Assembly: GCF_001194135.2 (NCBI RefSeq)
Contig: NC_069005.1
Coordinates: 25,888,887 to 25,946,204, forward strand
Reading direction: 5' to 3'
From: Octopus bimaculoides
Lineage: Eukaryota
Length of the DNA stretch: 57,318 nucleotides
Part shown: one piece after another, positions 1 through 12,420 of the stretch
How positions within the stretch are numbered: the stretch's first letter is position 1
Layout: every line of letters starts with the position of its first letter
Program-made: the position numbers and the translations under genes
Notes under the pieces: generated by a model
Databases searched by the model: none
Told to the model about the DNA's origin: nothing
The model's input: the letters and a program-made list of their open reading frames with translations, nothing else

Positions 1-109
1 AAACACTTTGAAACTTGGAACACTGGTAGAATGTGTCATATAAAACATCTTTTTCTCTTAGTCTTCTTAAAAAAAAAAGAAATCCATAAATTATTCCATG
101 TTAAAGTTG

Positions 110-379
110 TATTTCTGTAATTTCAACCAATCACTGACGTCCATTCAGCCAAAGTGCCGGCTACATAAACAAACGATTCTGAAACAATTAACCCTACCCC
201 TAACCCTAACCCTAACTCTAACCCTAGGGTTAGGGTTAGGGTTAAAGCAAATTTAAAATGAAAAAAGCAAATAAAACGAAGGTATGGAGATTAAATACGC
301 TTTACATCGCTTAATCAGCCAAAGGAGTAAATGTAAACAACTGAATACTTGTCAGTGATTGGTTGAAATTATCGAAATA
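110..379. mobile_element. Fold-back/MITE-like element with central telomeric repeats
   Basis: Inverted arms tatttc..taatttcaaccaatcactgac (110-138) and gtcagtgattggttgaaatta..gaaata (351-379), with (CCCTAA)n/(TTAGGG)n at 188-244. Confidence 0.6.
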
Positions 380-594
380 AGACAATTTTTTACATGAAAT
401 AAATTCGAATACAAAAATATTTTTCTGTTCTATAGCACAAAATAGATAAGTTGTCTTTCTAGTTTGTTCTAACAGAACATCCTCATTTAAGTGGCAATAA
501 ATATGACTTCTCAATATTTTCTATCTCTTTCTAGCTATAGATATCAAGTTGTCTAAGATTTCCCATTGTATGTCTAGACAATGGTACCTTAACA

Positions 595-875
595 CAGGGG
601 TTTTCAAACTGTAGGCCGTGGACCACATGGGGTCTGTGGACAGCAAATACTTTTTAATGGCAATTTGATTTTATATATGTTTTTTTAATCAAAATCTTTT
701 AATTGACAATAAACCTATTTGTTAAATACTATTAAATAAATAAATGTAAAAATATGTTATTTTAAGCAAATATTTATGTATAAATTTCATAAGCGTTTAT
801 AAGGGGGTCCCTAACCCTAAGGTAAAGCCTGAAATATAAAAGGGGTCTGCAAGTCAAAAAGTTTGAAAACCCCTG
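595..875. mobile_element. hAT-like MITE
   Basis: 16-bp TIR caggggttttcaaact/agtttgaaaacccctg; 8-bp TSD ccttaaca/ccttaata. Confidence 0.8.
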
Positions 876-927
876 CCTTAATATATAATATGGTAAATCT
901 TTCTAAAGTCCTTGTTTCTCTTTCCAG

Positions 928-1033
928 TATACCGAAATTACCACGGAAAAATGATCTGATTATCTGGGTGAAGATGACCGAAAACCAAAAACAGGTCTAC
1001 GAATCTTATCTATGCTTAGATGAAGTGAAACAG
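928..1033 (+). CDS. ERCC6L: ERCC6L/PICH internal exon (gene is 5'-truncated by the window edge)
   Basis: tttccag| ... cag|gtgag. Encodes IPKLPRKNDLIIWVKMTENQKQVYESYLCLDEVKQ, matching from memory human ERCC6L LSRKNDLIIWIRLVPLQEEIY. Confidence 0.92.
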
Positions 1034-1502
1034 GTGAGAATTAACAAGTCTGTCTTACATTTAGATAATGCCAAACAGGTAAGAATTTTAAAAAAATAAA
1101 AGCTGAAATAAACAATGGATATTGTGTTGGTCAGTTCAGTAGATATTGTGTGGAAGGGATTTTTAAATTAAATTCTTTTACTTGTTTCAGTCATTTGATT
1201 GTGGCCATGCTGGAGCACTGCCTTTAGTCGAACAAATTGACCCCAGGACTTATTCTTTGTAAGCCCAGTATTTATTCTATCGCTCTTTTGCTGAACCGCG
1301 AAGTTACGGGGATGTAAACACACCAACATTGGTTGTCAAGCAATGGTGGGGAGACAAACACAGACGCAGAAACATATACATATATATAAAGACGACGGGC
1401 TTCTTTCAGTTTCCATCTACCAAATCCATTTACAAGATTTTGGTTTGTCCAAGGTTATTGCAGAAGATGCCACAAAATGGGAGTGAACCCGCACAGAATT
1501 AA

Positions 1503-1725
1503 CCCTTTTGTTACCATATTTCCGTTGAGATGCTCTGTATTTCTTTCAATTGATTTTAAATATAACAAAGAATTTAGAAAAATAACTTAGTTATCATTCA
1601 GCTGGTGTTAGGAACATAAATTGTGACTAAGGTTTGGTGGAAGATTTTAATTCAAAACTTATGAAAACAAGACATTTGTACTACAGAGCCAGAGACGATT
1701 TCAGGTGGGTTGGTAATCAGAAGGG
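1503..1725 (+). mobile_element. TTAA-flanked (piggyBac-like) MITE family E
   Basis: CCCTT...AAGGG ends. Other copies at about 4786-5034 (inverted, tandem), 27355-27575, 41456-41678 and 41703-41923. Confidence 0.75.
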
Positions 1726-2396
1726 CTAACAGTAAACTTATTGGGTTATTTCTGAAAACTTTACCCAAAAAACCTGAAAGCATAGACAGTGTTGTGTTTG
1801 TATGGAAAGATAGTTGCTCATTTGCTATTCGTTGAAAAGTAAAAGAAATTGGAATACGATGATTACTTAATGCACTTTATATACTTTATGCACAATTTTA
1901 CAGACTTAATACATAGTCCCCTCCCACTTTATCTCCCACTCTTTGCCGTACCCTCTTTTTCTCTTCTTGTTTTTTTTTGCTCTTTGCATTTCCCTTCAAC
2001 TAATCATGTGAAAGTGTTACAGACAGGCTAAGTAACAGGAAAAAAAACTTAGTTAAAAAAAAAAAAACGTTACACATTTCACTCTGTGGTATTGAACAGA
2101 ATATTTGCTATAACGATATTTCTGCTTCAGCAACTCAGTACTGAACCCATCTGAAATGTAATGGAAAAATAAGTCAGTTTCAAAGCATTGATGTCCAGCT
2201 CAGAAAAGCAAAGTCTGAAAGGAATAGAAGTCATTTCCTTTGATTTCTAGATAGAAGCAAATAAGAAATAACACTTACTGGCCAAAGACAAAAACAAAAT
2301 AATTTTGCTACACTGTGTAATATATCTAACACCTACCAAATGTATTGAGTGACACATTTGTTTGTCCACTCACTTGTATCTCTCTATCTTTCATAG

Positions 2397-2527
2397 CTGA
2401 TGTCATCAAGTAAATCTCCACTTGTGGCTCTTATCATACTCAAGAAACTGTGTGATCATCTTCGTCTGATGTCTGTGAGAGTTTGTCGAAGTCTGGGATT
2501 GCTGACCAAAGAGGAAAGTCGAAAATT
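2397..2527 (+). CDS. ERCC6L: ERCC6L exon (SNF2 'LKKLCDH' region)
   Basis: tttcatag| ... tt|gtaagt, phase 0 in and 2 out. Encodes LMSSSKSPLVALIILKKLCDHLRLMSVRVCRSLGLLTKEESRK. Confidence 0.92.
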
Positions 2528-2813
2528 GTAAGTGGAATTGATAGTGGGGGTGGATCGAGAGACAACTACTAGGTTGGTGCATAATTACAGTGGCTTTTTT
2601 TTTCAGCGACGTGAAGCGGAAGCGACAAAAAAAAACATGTCCTTTCGGTAAGCAATGCTACTTACCACACAGCCGCTCCTGCGCCTATATTAATTTTAAC
2701 GAATATTAATTTTATGTATTGTTGTTAGTTGGTAAGTATAAAAAGAAAAAAAATATATATTCATAATATGATGTTAATGGTGTTTTTTTTTTTGTATTGT
2801 TTTTTTTTTGTAG

Positions 2814-3123
2814 CCGTTCATCATTCCATCACTTAGATGATCCAGATGAGATTGCTGAACAGACAAAGGAAATGAATGTTTTAGACCAGAGTTCTAAACA
2901 CACCAGTGGTAGCAGCACCATCAGTAGCAGTGAGTTCAATGAGAATGCTTGTGCTGCCACTCAGCTTAATGGTATTCCAGACACCGTATTATGCCAAGAG
3001 TCTGGTAAACTGATTGTTCTTATTGAGCTGCTTGGTTATATTGTGGCCACTAACCACAAATGTGTTGTCTTCTCCCAATCAGCCAAAATGTTAGACATCA
3101 TTCAGAAAATTCTGAATAACCTG
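2814..3123 (+). CDS. ERCC6L: ERCC6L exon (helicase C-lobe start, motif IV)
   Basis: ttttgtag| ... ctg|gtaagg, phase 2 in and 0 out. Encodes ...ESGKLIVLIELL...KCVVFSQSAKMLDIIQKILNNL. Confidence 0.93.
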
Positions 3124-3358
3124 GTAAGGCTTTACATATCATCATCATCATCATTATCATCGTTTAACGTCCGCTTTCCATGCTAGCATGGGTTGGACGA
3201 TTTGACTGAGGACTGGTGAAACCGGATGGCAACACCAGGCTCCAATCTAAATTTGGCAGAGTTTCTAGAGCTGGATGCCCTTCCTAACGCCAACCACTCA
3301 GAGAGTGTAGAAACAGTGGGGCTCGTCCGGGATATATATATATATATATATATACATA

Positions 3359-4232
3359 TACTAGCTGACGTACCCAGTAATTTCCGCGAAAGCAGGGCTT
3401 ATCTCTTGGTTCCGTTCTCATAATTGTTTCACTAATCCAATAACAACAATACAAAATAGCTAGCCCTTAAAACGGCTTTTGTGCATTTATATAGAATACC
3501 GAACAGTCTTACACAGGATCTTGTTTTTAGGAATTCTCAATAAGTTATGAATACCTGAATTGTAAAGTCAGTTATGTAATAACATGAAATTAGTTACCCG
3601 ATAGTAAGAATTCAAATAAAGTAGCCCCGAAAAGGGCTTTAATGTTTCCAGAGGTTTTAGAACTTAGGAGGAAATACTAATAAGGTATGTATACGAAAAT
3701 CATGATGCATGTTATGTAATAACAGGCTAATCAGATATGAGATAATAACAATTCAAAGTAAATAACTCTGAAAAGGGCTTTTGTGTGTTCGCAGAGAATA
3801 TTACCCTCAGCGGCGCTAGTGTTGGTATATTCGTGAATAAATCACTAACGAAAATAAGTGGATCTGTTGTTTAGGAAAATACTATTTACTTGTTTAAGGA
3901 TTGTACTGGATAAATTGCAAAAGTAACTCAAATAGTTCAAATACTAAGAAATAAGCATACTCAATTTCATTTTTACCTAGTAATTTAGGAAAATGAATGT
4001 GTTATTTCTCTTGATTTTTAAATTAAAATATGTTAGATATATATATATAAGGATCCCTTCCAGAGGCCCTATTATCGATTTTTTTCGACAATCAGAGTAT
4101 GCCATGAGGTTTCCAGACATGAGTTCTATTCACATGTCAAGTTTCATCAAATTCGATAAAATGATGTAGGAGGAGTTAACTAACAACTCCACAAACGCAC
4201 CCACAGACAAAATTTCCCACATATGTAGTAGA
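3359..4232 (+). mobile_element. Possible non-autonomous Helitron/Helentron-type element
   Basis: Begins tactagctgacgtaccc and ends ...cacatatgtagtagat, termini typical of such elements, with internal degenerate repeats. Family assignment is from memory only. Confidence 0.35.
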
Positions 4233-4489
4233 TAATCAAAACTTAGAAACATCATATGGGTTGATATATTATTATTACAGAAAATGAAGTAAATTTCAAG
4301 CATGGGATAGCTGTCTACAAAATTGGGTACATAAACTTTTTTTTTTTCTTGGAGTATTTACCCAAATTTTCAAGAAATATTCTGGATCGTTTTAAACTTA
4401 TTTTGTGCTTGACTTTTGGCCCAGCCTGTATAAATATGTGTATGTGTGTGTATAGATATATAGATATATATGTATTGTTTCTCTCGTAG

Positions 4490-4603
4490 AAGTACAAATA
4501 TGTCCGAATGGATGGCAAAGTCATAAAATTAGAAGAGAGAGCAAGAATTATCCGCAAATTTGAGACAGACAAGAGCATTTCTATATTCTTGATGACTACA
4601 CAG
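4490..4603 (+). CDS. ERCC6L: ERCC6L exon (RMDG...FLMTTQ)
   Basis: ctctcgtag| ... cag|gtaaga, phase 0/0. Encodes KYKYVRMDGKVIKLEERARIIRKFETDKSISIFLMTTQ. Not in the ORF track. Confidence 0.93.
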
Positions 4604-5248
4604 GTAAGATTTTGTTGAACAGCTGACAATAATAGTTTCTTGCATGTGTCTGTGGTTGTGTGCATTGTTAGATGGTTGCAGTATACTTCTGCACTTTCTT
4701 TAACCCTTTTGAAACCGCCTCTGGTTCTGTAGTACAAATGTCTTGTTTTCAAAAGTTCTGAATTTAAAATCTTCCACCAAACCTTAGTCACAATTTATGA
4801 TCCTAACACTAGCTTAATGATAACTAAGTTATTTTATTAAATTCTTTCTTATATTTAACCCTTTTGATACCAACCCAGCTGAAACCGATTCTGGCTCTGT
4901 AGTACAAATGTCTTGTTTTCAAAAGTTCTGAATTTAAAATCTTCCACCAAACCTTAGTCACAATTTATGTTCCTAACACTAGCTTAATCATAACTAAGTT
5001 ATTTTACTAAATTCTTTGTTATATTTAACCCTTTNNNNNNNNNNNNNNNNNNNNNNNNNNNNNNNNNNNNNNNNNNNNNNNNNNNNNNNNNNNNNNNNNN
5101 NNNNNNNNNNNNNNNNNNNNNNNNNNNNNNNNNNNNNNNNNNNNNNNNNNNNNNNNNNNNNNNNNNNNNNNNNNNNNNNNNNNNNNNNNNNNNNNNNNNN
5201 NNNNNNNNNNNNNNNNNNNNNNNNNNNNNNNNNNNNNNNNNNNNNNNN

Positions 5249-5290
<42 letters not shown>

Positions 5291-6155
5291 CTGGCAGAAT
5301 TGTTAGCACGCTGGACAAAATGCTTAGCCGTATTTCGTCCATCAGTACATTCTGAGTTCAAATTCCACCGAGGTTGACTTTGCTTTTCGTACTTTCAGGG
5401 ATTTGATAAATTAAGTTACCAGTGAATCACTGGGGTCGATGTAATCGACTAACCCCCTCAAATTTCTGGTCTTGTGTCTATAGTAGAAACGATTATTATT
5501 ATTATCAAGGTGGTGCCTCAGCATGGCTACAGTCTAATGAATGTAAAAGATAAATGGTATATGTATATGTGTGTGTGTGTGTGTGTGTATGTATATATCT
5601 ATCTATCTATCTGTGCGGGTGGCACGTAAAAGCACCTACTACACTCTCTGAGTGGTTGGCATTAGGAAGGGCATCCAGCTGTAGAAACTCTGCCAAATCA
5701 GATTGGAGCCTGGTGTAGCCATCTGGTTTCACCAGTCCTCAGTCAAATTGTCCAACCCATGCTAGCATGGAAAGCGGACGTTAAACGACGATGATGATGA
5801 TGACATATATATATATATACATATTCTTGTTTCACTGGTAACTTAATTTATCACCACTATCTTGTTGTGGTGGTATTCTGTGTCTTATCTTTGACTTGTC
5901 TATTGTTATCACTGATAGCTCCACAAAACAATGGCTTTGAAGTGTCTACCTTGGCAGTAACTCGAACTCATAATATTTAATTGACACTGACTCCAATCAA
6001 GGAACTCGTACAACGACTCAACTACTACTGACTGACCTTCTGACTTTATAGTGGCTGAGTCATACCACTTTGTCACATGGGGAAAGGGGTGTACCATTTC
6101 ATTACAACAATTTCTTTTCCTGATGAAAATCTTTGCACACTGTTTCATTTTCCAG

Positions 6156-6345
6156 TTGATCCAAGCTGGAACCCTGCAACAGACAGCCAGGCTGTGGACA
6201 GGGTTTACCGTATTGGTCAAACGAAGAACGTCATTATCTTCCGCTTAATGACTTGTGGTTCAGTTGAAGAGAAAATCTACATCCGCCAGTTGTTCAAACT
6301 ATCTATCAATCGACAAACCACCAAAGAATCCAAGGATCCATTTAG
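6156..6345 (+). CDS. ERCC6L: ERCC6L exon (helicase motif VI)
   Basis: tttccag| ... ag|gtaatt. Encodes DPSWNPATDSQAVDRVYRIGQTKNVIIFRLMTCGSVEEKIYIRQLFK...DPF. Confidence 0.95.
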
Positions 6346-6944
6346 GTAATTCAAAGCAAGAACAGTTTTTTTCTTTATAAGCTTCTAGGTCCAGGCGTGG
6401 CTATGTAGTAAGAAGCTTGCTTATCAGTCACATGGCATCTTGGTTAAGTTTATTGTACTTTAGCCTCGGGCCAACCAAATCCTTGAGTGGCTTTGGTAGA
6501 CCCTCAGTCAAGCCATCCAACCCATGCCAGCATGGAAAGCAGACGTGAAACAACGACGACGATGATGTCAATGTTATCTAGTGGTTGTCTTTTGAGATGT
6601 GACATTGATCATCATTTGTTACTGAAAGAACGCTGGGTCACATATACTTCCCTTGTACACACACACACACACATCTACTCACACAGAGTTGAAACGTTGT
6701 TTGATTTTTCTTTTCAGCGTTGAATGTTCATCATCCCACTTCCATTACACACACACACACATTCACGTATCTCCCTTTTACACACACAGAGTTGAAGCAC
6801 TCCCACTACCTGTTTGTTATCACCCCTTCCTTCTTTCTCATTCATATGTTGTGACGGAGAAAAACACAACAGTATTATTATAGTAGACAATGTACTGTTA
6901 AATGTATATATTAGAAGCAGTATTAATACCAAGAAATAATATTC

Positions 6945-6978
<34 letters not shown>

Positions 6979-7282
6979 CACACACACATATATATATATA
7001 TATGTATGTATGTATATATATATATATATACATATATACGTATATACGACAGGCTTTCAGTTTCCGTCAACCAAATCCACTCACAAGGCTTTGGTCGGCC
7101 CGAGGCTATAGTAGACACTTGCCCAAAGTGCTACGCAGTGGGACTGAACCCGGAACCATGTGGTTGGTAAACAAGCTACTTACCACACGGCCACTCCTGC
7201 GCCTGTTGTTAGCTCTTCAGGAATTGTTATACTGGGTACATTTATCATTCTTTCACACTGATTTATTCTGCTTTGTTGTTAG

Positions 7283-7421
7283 GTACTTCACTAAGCAGGA
7301 CCTGAAACAGTTGTTCATTGTGGAGAATCTGGCTTGGTCTGACACTCAGCAGCAGCTCAATGAAATGTTTGCTGGTATGAGGCAGTCTGATGAAGTTGTC
7401 GACCAACAAATCGAATTCATC
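7283..7421 (+). CDS. ERCC6L: ERCC6L exon (3' end lost in N gap)
   Basis: ttgttag|g, phase 2 in. Encodes RYFTKQDLKQLFIVENLAWSDTQQQLNEMFAGMRQSDEVVDQQIEFI, then runs into Ns at 7422. Confidence 0.9.
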
Positions 7422-7944
7422 NNNNNNNNNNNNNNNNNNNNNNNNNNNNNNNNNNNNNNNNNNNNNNNNNNNNNNNNNNNNNNNNNNNNNNNNNNNNNNN
7501 NNNNNNNNNNNNNNNNNNCCTTTTTCATAACCATAACATGTCTGCCTTTTTCAAAACCATAACACTTGTGCCGGTGGTATGTTAAAAAACATTCGAGCGA
7601 GGTCGTTGCCAGTGCCGCTGGACTGGCTCCTGTGCAGGCGGCACGTAAAAAATACCATTTAAAGCGTGGCTGTTGCCAGTACTGTCTAACTGGCCCTTGT
7701 GCCGGTGGCACGTAAAAGCACCCACTACACTCTCGGAGTGGTTGGCATTAGGAAGGGCATCCAGCTGTAGAAACTCTGCCAGATCAGATTGAAGCCTGGT
7801 GCAGCCATCTGGTTCGCCAGTCCTCAGTCAAATCGTCCAACCCATGCTAGCATGGAAAGCGGATGTTAAACGATGATGATGATGATGATAACCCATCAAT
7901 ATCCTCATCATCATGAATTTAGTAGCTTTGTGGTTTAGTTCAAA

Positions 7945-8330
7945 GTGGAGAAAATTGGGGCCCTTTATAGAAACTCCTTAAAAAATGATGAGATTGAGGC
8001 ATTAGTCTTCTTTATACTATTTCCATTTCCTTTTAATTTCTCTCAATACCTTTTCATACTATTCCCAAGGTCCCCAACATTAATTAGCTCTATCTTCACC
8101 TTTTTCATCTTCCAGTCGGGCTTTCTCACATTTAAGAGGATTGTACTTCCTTCTTAAGTATTCAGGGGTCAAATGGGCATGCAATATCAATTATAGAGCT
8201 CCTGTAGTTTGCCTTGTCCACCACCACCAGGTCCAGCTTGTCTGTTTGGATTGGGAATTCCCGCAGGATTTTGCAAGTCTCCAACTCAGTCACTCTCTGT
8301 GGTTTGTGTTTGTACTGTGTCTTGCCTCTC
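7945..8330 (-). mobile_element. RLE-clade (R4/NeSL-like) LINE 3' fragment
   Basis: YKHKPQRVTELETCKIL.EFPIQTDK.DLVVVDK...IIDIACPFDP resembles the restriction-like endonuclease domain. Confidence 0.65.
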
Positions 8331-8963
8331 TCCAACCTCCACTTTTCACACAGTTTCCAATGTAGCAAATTATTATTATTAAGGCAGCAAGCTGGCTGAA
8401 TCGTTAGCACGCCGGGCGAAATGCTAAGCAGTATTTCGTCTGCCGTTACGTTCTGAGTTCAAATTCCGCCGAGGTCGACTTTGCCCTTCATCCTTTCGGG
8501 GGTCGATAAATTAAGTACCAGTTATGCACTGGGGTCGATGTAATCGACTTAATTCCTTTGTCTGTCCTTGTTTGTCCCCTCTATGTTTAGCCCCTTGTGG
8601 GCAATAAAGAAATGAGAAACGTTAGCACGCCGGGCGAAATGCTTAGTGGCATTTTGTCTGTCTTAATGGTTCTGAGTTCAAATGCCACCAAAGTTGACTT
8701 TGCTTTTCACCTTTTCAGAGTCAATTAAAATAAGTACCAGTGGAGCGGGGTCGGGGGTGTAATCAACTTATCCCCCCTCTCCCAAATTGCTGGCCTTGTG
8801 CCAAACTTTGAAATGATTGGATGTCTCCCTCTTTTAGGGATTTTCATTGTTTACATGCTTCACTCTCACTCTATTTGTATTGTCTTCTACCATCCCCAAT
8901 GTTTTATATAAACCTCTCAGTAATTAATAAAGAAAACATCATCATCATCCTTATTATTTCTAG

Positions 8964-9055
8964 ATGTGTTTGGTGTCAGTGACCATGATTTAGTGTTTTC
9001 AAAAGAAGATGACAATGAAGAAGCAACGTTATCTAACTCCAGAGTGGAGACAATG
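8964..9055 (+). CDS. ERCC6L: ERCC6L exon (GVSDHDL), probable GC donor
   Basis: tttctag|at. Encodes VFGVSDHDLVFSKEDDNEEATLSNSRVETM (human GIAGISDHDLMY). The best phase-0 donor is ATG|GCAAGT. Confidence 0.85.
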
Positions 9056-9234
9056 GCAAGTTGGTCTTTATATCTATATGTCCTTATCTTCGAAACGTCT
9101 AGTTTAGAATAGAGGCAGCTGACGAAGGATTAATTCCAAGTGGCTATCTGTTTTCCTATGTGTTCGTTCCGTGGTCTGTAGATGTAAGCATGTACATATA
9201 TGTGTGTACACATGCATATATATTCTTTGTATTA

Positions 9235-9273
<39 letters not shown>

Positions 9274-9473
9274 CATAATTAAGGGATCAGCAAATATTTG
9301 CTTCACCATATACCGAAGTTCAGAAATAGCAGGTAAAACAGCTAAGAATCCCACAGATAGCATCACTTGTAACTCACAAAGGCAAAAACATATNNNNNNN
9401 NNNNNNNNNNNNNNNNNNNNNNNNNNNNNNNNNNNNNNNATATATGTGTGTATACATGCATATATATTCTTTG

Positions 9474-9516
<43 letters not shown>

Positions 9517-9520
9517 CATA

Positions 9521-9732
9521 CAGAGTGGCCCAAAAGTAGGTTTACAGTTATCATGTAGGCACTTAAAATTTCTCTTAAAACATTTTATTACATTTAAATT
9601 TCTATCTTACAATTAACTAAATTAGCGTAGAATAATGGTTTCATATTTGTTTATAACTAAGATCTAAACTGTTAATTTATCAATGCGAAAGAGATAGTTG
9701 AGTAACTGTAAACCTACTTTTGGGCCACCCTG
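9521..9732. mobile_element. Tc1/mariner-like MITE
   Basis: About 30-bp TIR cag(a/g)gtggcccaaaagtaggtttacagtta, flanked by TA on both sides. Confidence 0.8.
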
Positions 9733-10203
9733 TATATGTTAACATTATATTCATATCTCTCTACCACATGGTTTCAAGTCCAGGCTAACCATAGTGTTGT
9801 GAGTGGATTTGGTTGATGGAAACTGAAAGAAGCTCATTGTGTCTGTGTGTGTGTGTGGTTGTCCTTGCGCTGACATGACATCACATGATTGTTGTAGGTG
9901 AGAGTCACCATCATGCAGTGTCATTCATTCTCAGGTTACTTGAAAAACATGTTTGGCTAAGGAGAAGTAGTACCTTACTTGGAAACGGGCGAGGGTTGGC
10001 AACAGAAAGGGCATCCAGCTGTAGAAAATCTGCCTTGACAAATTCTTTCTTATCCATACTAGCATGGAAAAGTAGACTGTAAAATGACGGTGACTTTATA
10101 TATATATATGGTAAGTAGCTTGCTTACCAACCACATGGTTCCGGGTTCAGTCCCAAAGCCTTGTGAGTGGATTTGGTAGATGGAAACTGAAAGAAGCCCG
10201 TCG

Positions 10204-10244
<41 letters not shown>

Positions 10245-10411
10245 ATGTTTGTGACTGTGTTTGTTCCCCCAACATCGCTTGACAACCGATGCTGGTGTGT
10301 TTACGTCCCCGTAACTTAGCAGTTCGGCAAAAGAGACCATTAAANNNNNNNNNNAGGCGGTGCTCCAGCATGGCCGCAGTCAAATGACTGAAACAAGTAA
10401 AAGAGTATATA

Positions 10412-10459
<48 letters not shown>

Positions 10460-11374
10460 AAAATTTTATAATTATAGGCATAATTATAATTAGGGTTCAG
10501 CAAAGTTGCTTCACCACATACCGAAATTTAGAAATAGCAGTTAAATACTATTTCACTACCATCAGATATCTCCCAGACTGTCTGTGTGTGTATTTATATA
10601 TGTTTGTTTGTATGATGTTTTTGATTATGGTTATTGTGTATTTATTTTTAGCAGAGGTGTAGGAGTGGCTGTGTGGTAAGTAGCTTGCTTACGAACCACA
10701 TGGTTTTGGGTTCAGTCCCACTGCGTGGCACCTTGGGCAAGTGCCTTCTACTGTAGCCTTGGGCCGACCAAAGCCTTGTGAATGGATTTGGTAGACAGAA
10801 ACTGAAAGAAGCCCGTCGTATATATGTATATGTGTGTGTGTGTGTGTGTATGTATATATGTTTGTGTCTCTCTCCAACATCGCTTGACAACCGATGCTGG
10901 TGTGTTTACGTCCCCCGTAACTTAGCGGTTCGGCAAAGAAGACTGATAGAATAAGTACTAGGCTTACAAAGAATAAGTCCTGGGGTCGATTTGCTCGAAT
11001 AAAGGCAGTGCTCCAGCATGGCCACAGTCTCAAATAACTGAAACAAGCAAAAGAGAGGAATTCTGTTTTTGAATCGATATATTGTTTGGTTGTCCTGGCA
11101 GTGTCAACATCTGGAGTTTGGCCACCCCTGAGTCTCTAAACTGCTTTTAATTCCCTTTTGATGGTGCTTTCTCTTTGCATGCCTTGTATTTTCTATGTAC
11201 GTGCCCGTATACTGCCCTTTGTCCACTCCTGTGGTTTTATTGCTTGTCGTCTCACTTTTGTGGTATACTATCTTATTGACCACTCTTGTGCTTTTACAAC
11301 CCATTGTCCGACCCCTTTGGTGGGTATTTTCTGTTGTCTGCAACACTGGTTTTAACTAATTTCCTCTCTTGCAG

Positions 11375-11585
11375 ATGGTCCAAGCCGAAGAAGCGATTCG
11401 GTCCGAGGTGAATACTGACCGAAGTGTTTCTGTGAAACAATGGTCAAGTACTAGCTCTACGGTCAATAACGAGAGACAAATGAGGGACCCTGATGGTCAA
11501 AATTTTGTCTCTTTGCTCCCGCTGAACCCCAATGGAAAGGTCCCTACTGTACCAACAACTCACACTCGTCCACCTTTCAACAGGA
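11375..11585 (+). CDS. ERCC6L: ERCC6L exon
   Basis: ctcttgcag| ... a|gtaagt, phase 0 in and 1 out. Encodes MVQAEEAIRSEVNTDRS...PPFNR. Confidence 0.8.
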
Positions 11586-11599
11586 GTAAGTGACCCTTT

Positions 11600-12420
11600 A
11601 TGTACTCTTTAGTTTCTCTACTCCCTCTCTTTCCTTTGGCCATGTCTCTCTACCTCTCTTCTTCCTCACCCCTTCTCATCCTTACTTATTTTTACTTTCC
11701 CCCCCCCCATTCTTTATTCTCATCTTCCATGCTTACCTCTCTCTTCCCCTCATCTCTCTTTAGTCTTCCTCTTTCCTCTAGTTTCTCTTTAATCGCTTGC
11801 TCTCACTCTACCCCTGTAATCTCTTTTCTCTCCCCCCTCTACTCTCTCTCNNNNNNNNNNNNNNNNNNNNNNNNNNNNNNNNNNNNNNNNNNNNNNNNNN
11901 NNNNNNNNNNNNNNNNNNNNNNNNNNNNNNNNNNNNNNNNNNNNNNNNNNNNNNNNNNNNNNNNNNNNNNNNNNNNNNNNNNNNNNNNNNNNNNNNNNNN
12001 NNNNNNNNNNNNNNNNNNNNNNNNNNNNNNNNNNNNNNNNNNNNNNNNNNNNNNNNNNNNNNNNNNNNNNNNNNNNNNNNNNNNNNNNNNNNNNNNNNNN
12101 NNNNNNNNNNNNNNNNNNNNNNNNNNNNNNNNNNNNNNNNNNNNNNNNNNNNNNNNNNNNNNNNNNNNNNNNNNNNNNNNNNNNNNNNNNNNNNNNNNNN
12201 NNNNNNTACTCTCTCTCCCCCCTCTACTCTCTCTCCCCCCTCTACTCTCTCTCTCCTCCTCTAGTCTCTCTCTCCTCTAGTCTCTCTCTCCTCTAGTCTC
12301 TCTCCCTCTAGTCTCTATAATCTCTCTCTCCCTCTATGCCTCCCCTTCTAATTCACCCCCTCCTCTAGACATTGCTATACCTCTTCCTTCCACTAGCCTC
12401 TCTCGTCTCCACCTCTCTAG
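11600..12420. repeat. CT-rich low-complexity / short minisatellite tract around an N gap
   Basis: Repeated ctctcccccctctact and ctctcctctagt units. Confidence 0.8.

Noticed and set aside
188-244. True chromosome-end fusion site
   Set aside because: It is very short, lies within an intron of an intact gene, and is enclosed by transposon-like inverted arms.
4999-5361. ORFs spanning N gaps or (TA)/(CA) microsatellites (also 11600, 21590, 25659, 47030, 52332, 54075)
   Set aside because: They are open only because of Ns or dinucleotide repeats.
9085-9140. Hammerhead at GAAACGTC...CTGACGAAGG (also 39750-39815 and 42500-42560, minus strand)
   Set aside because: The core halves are present, but I could not pair helix I in the permuted order, and GAAA does not follow the downstream hairpin.
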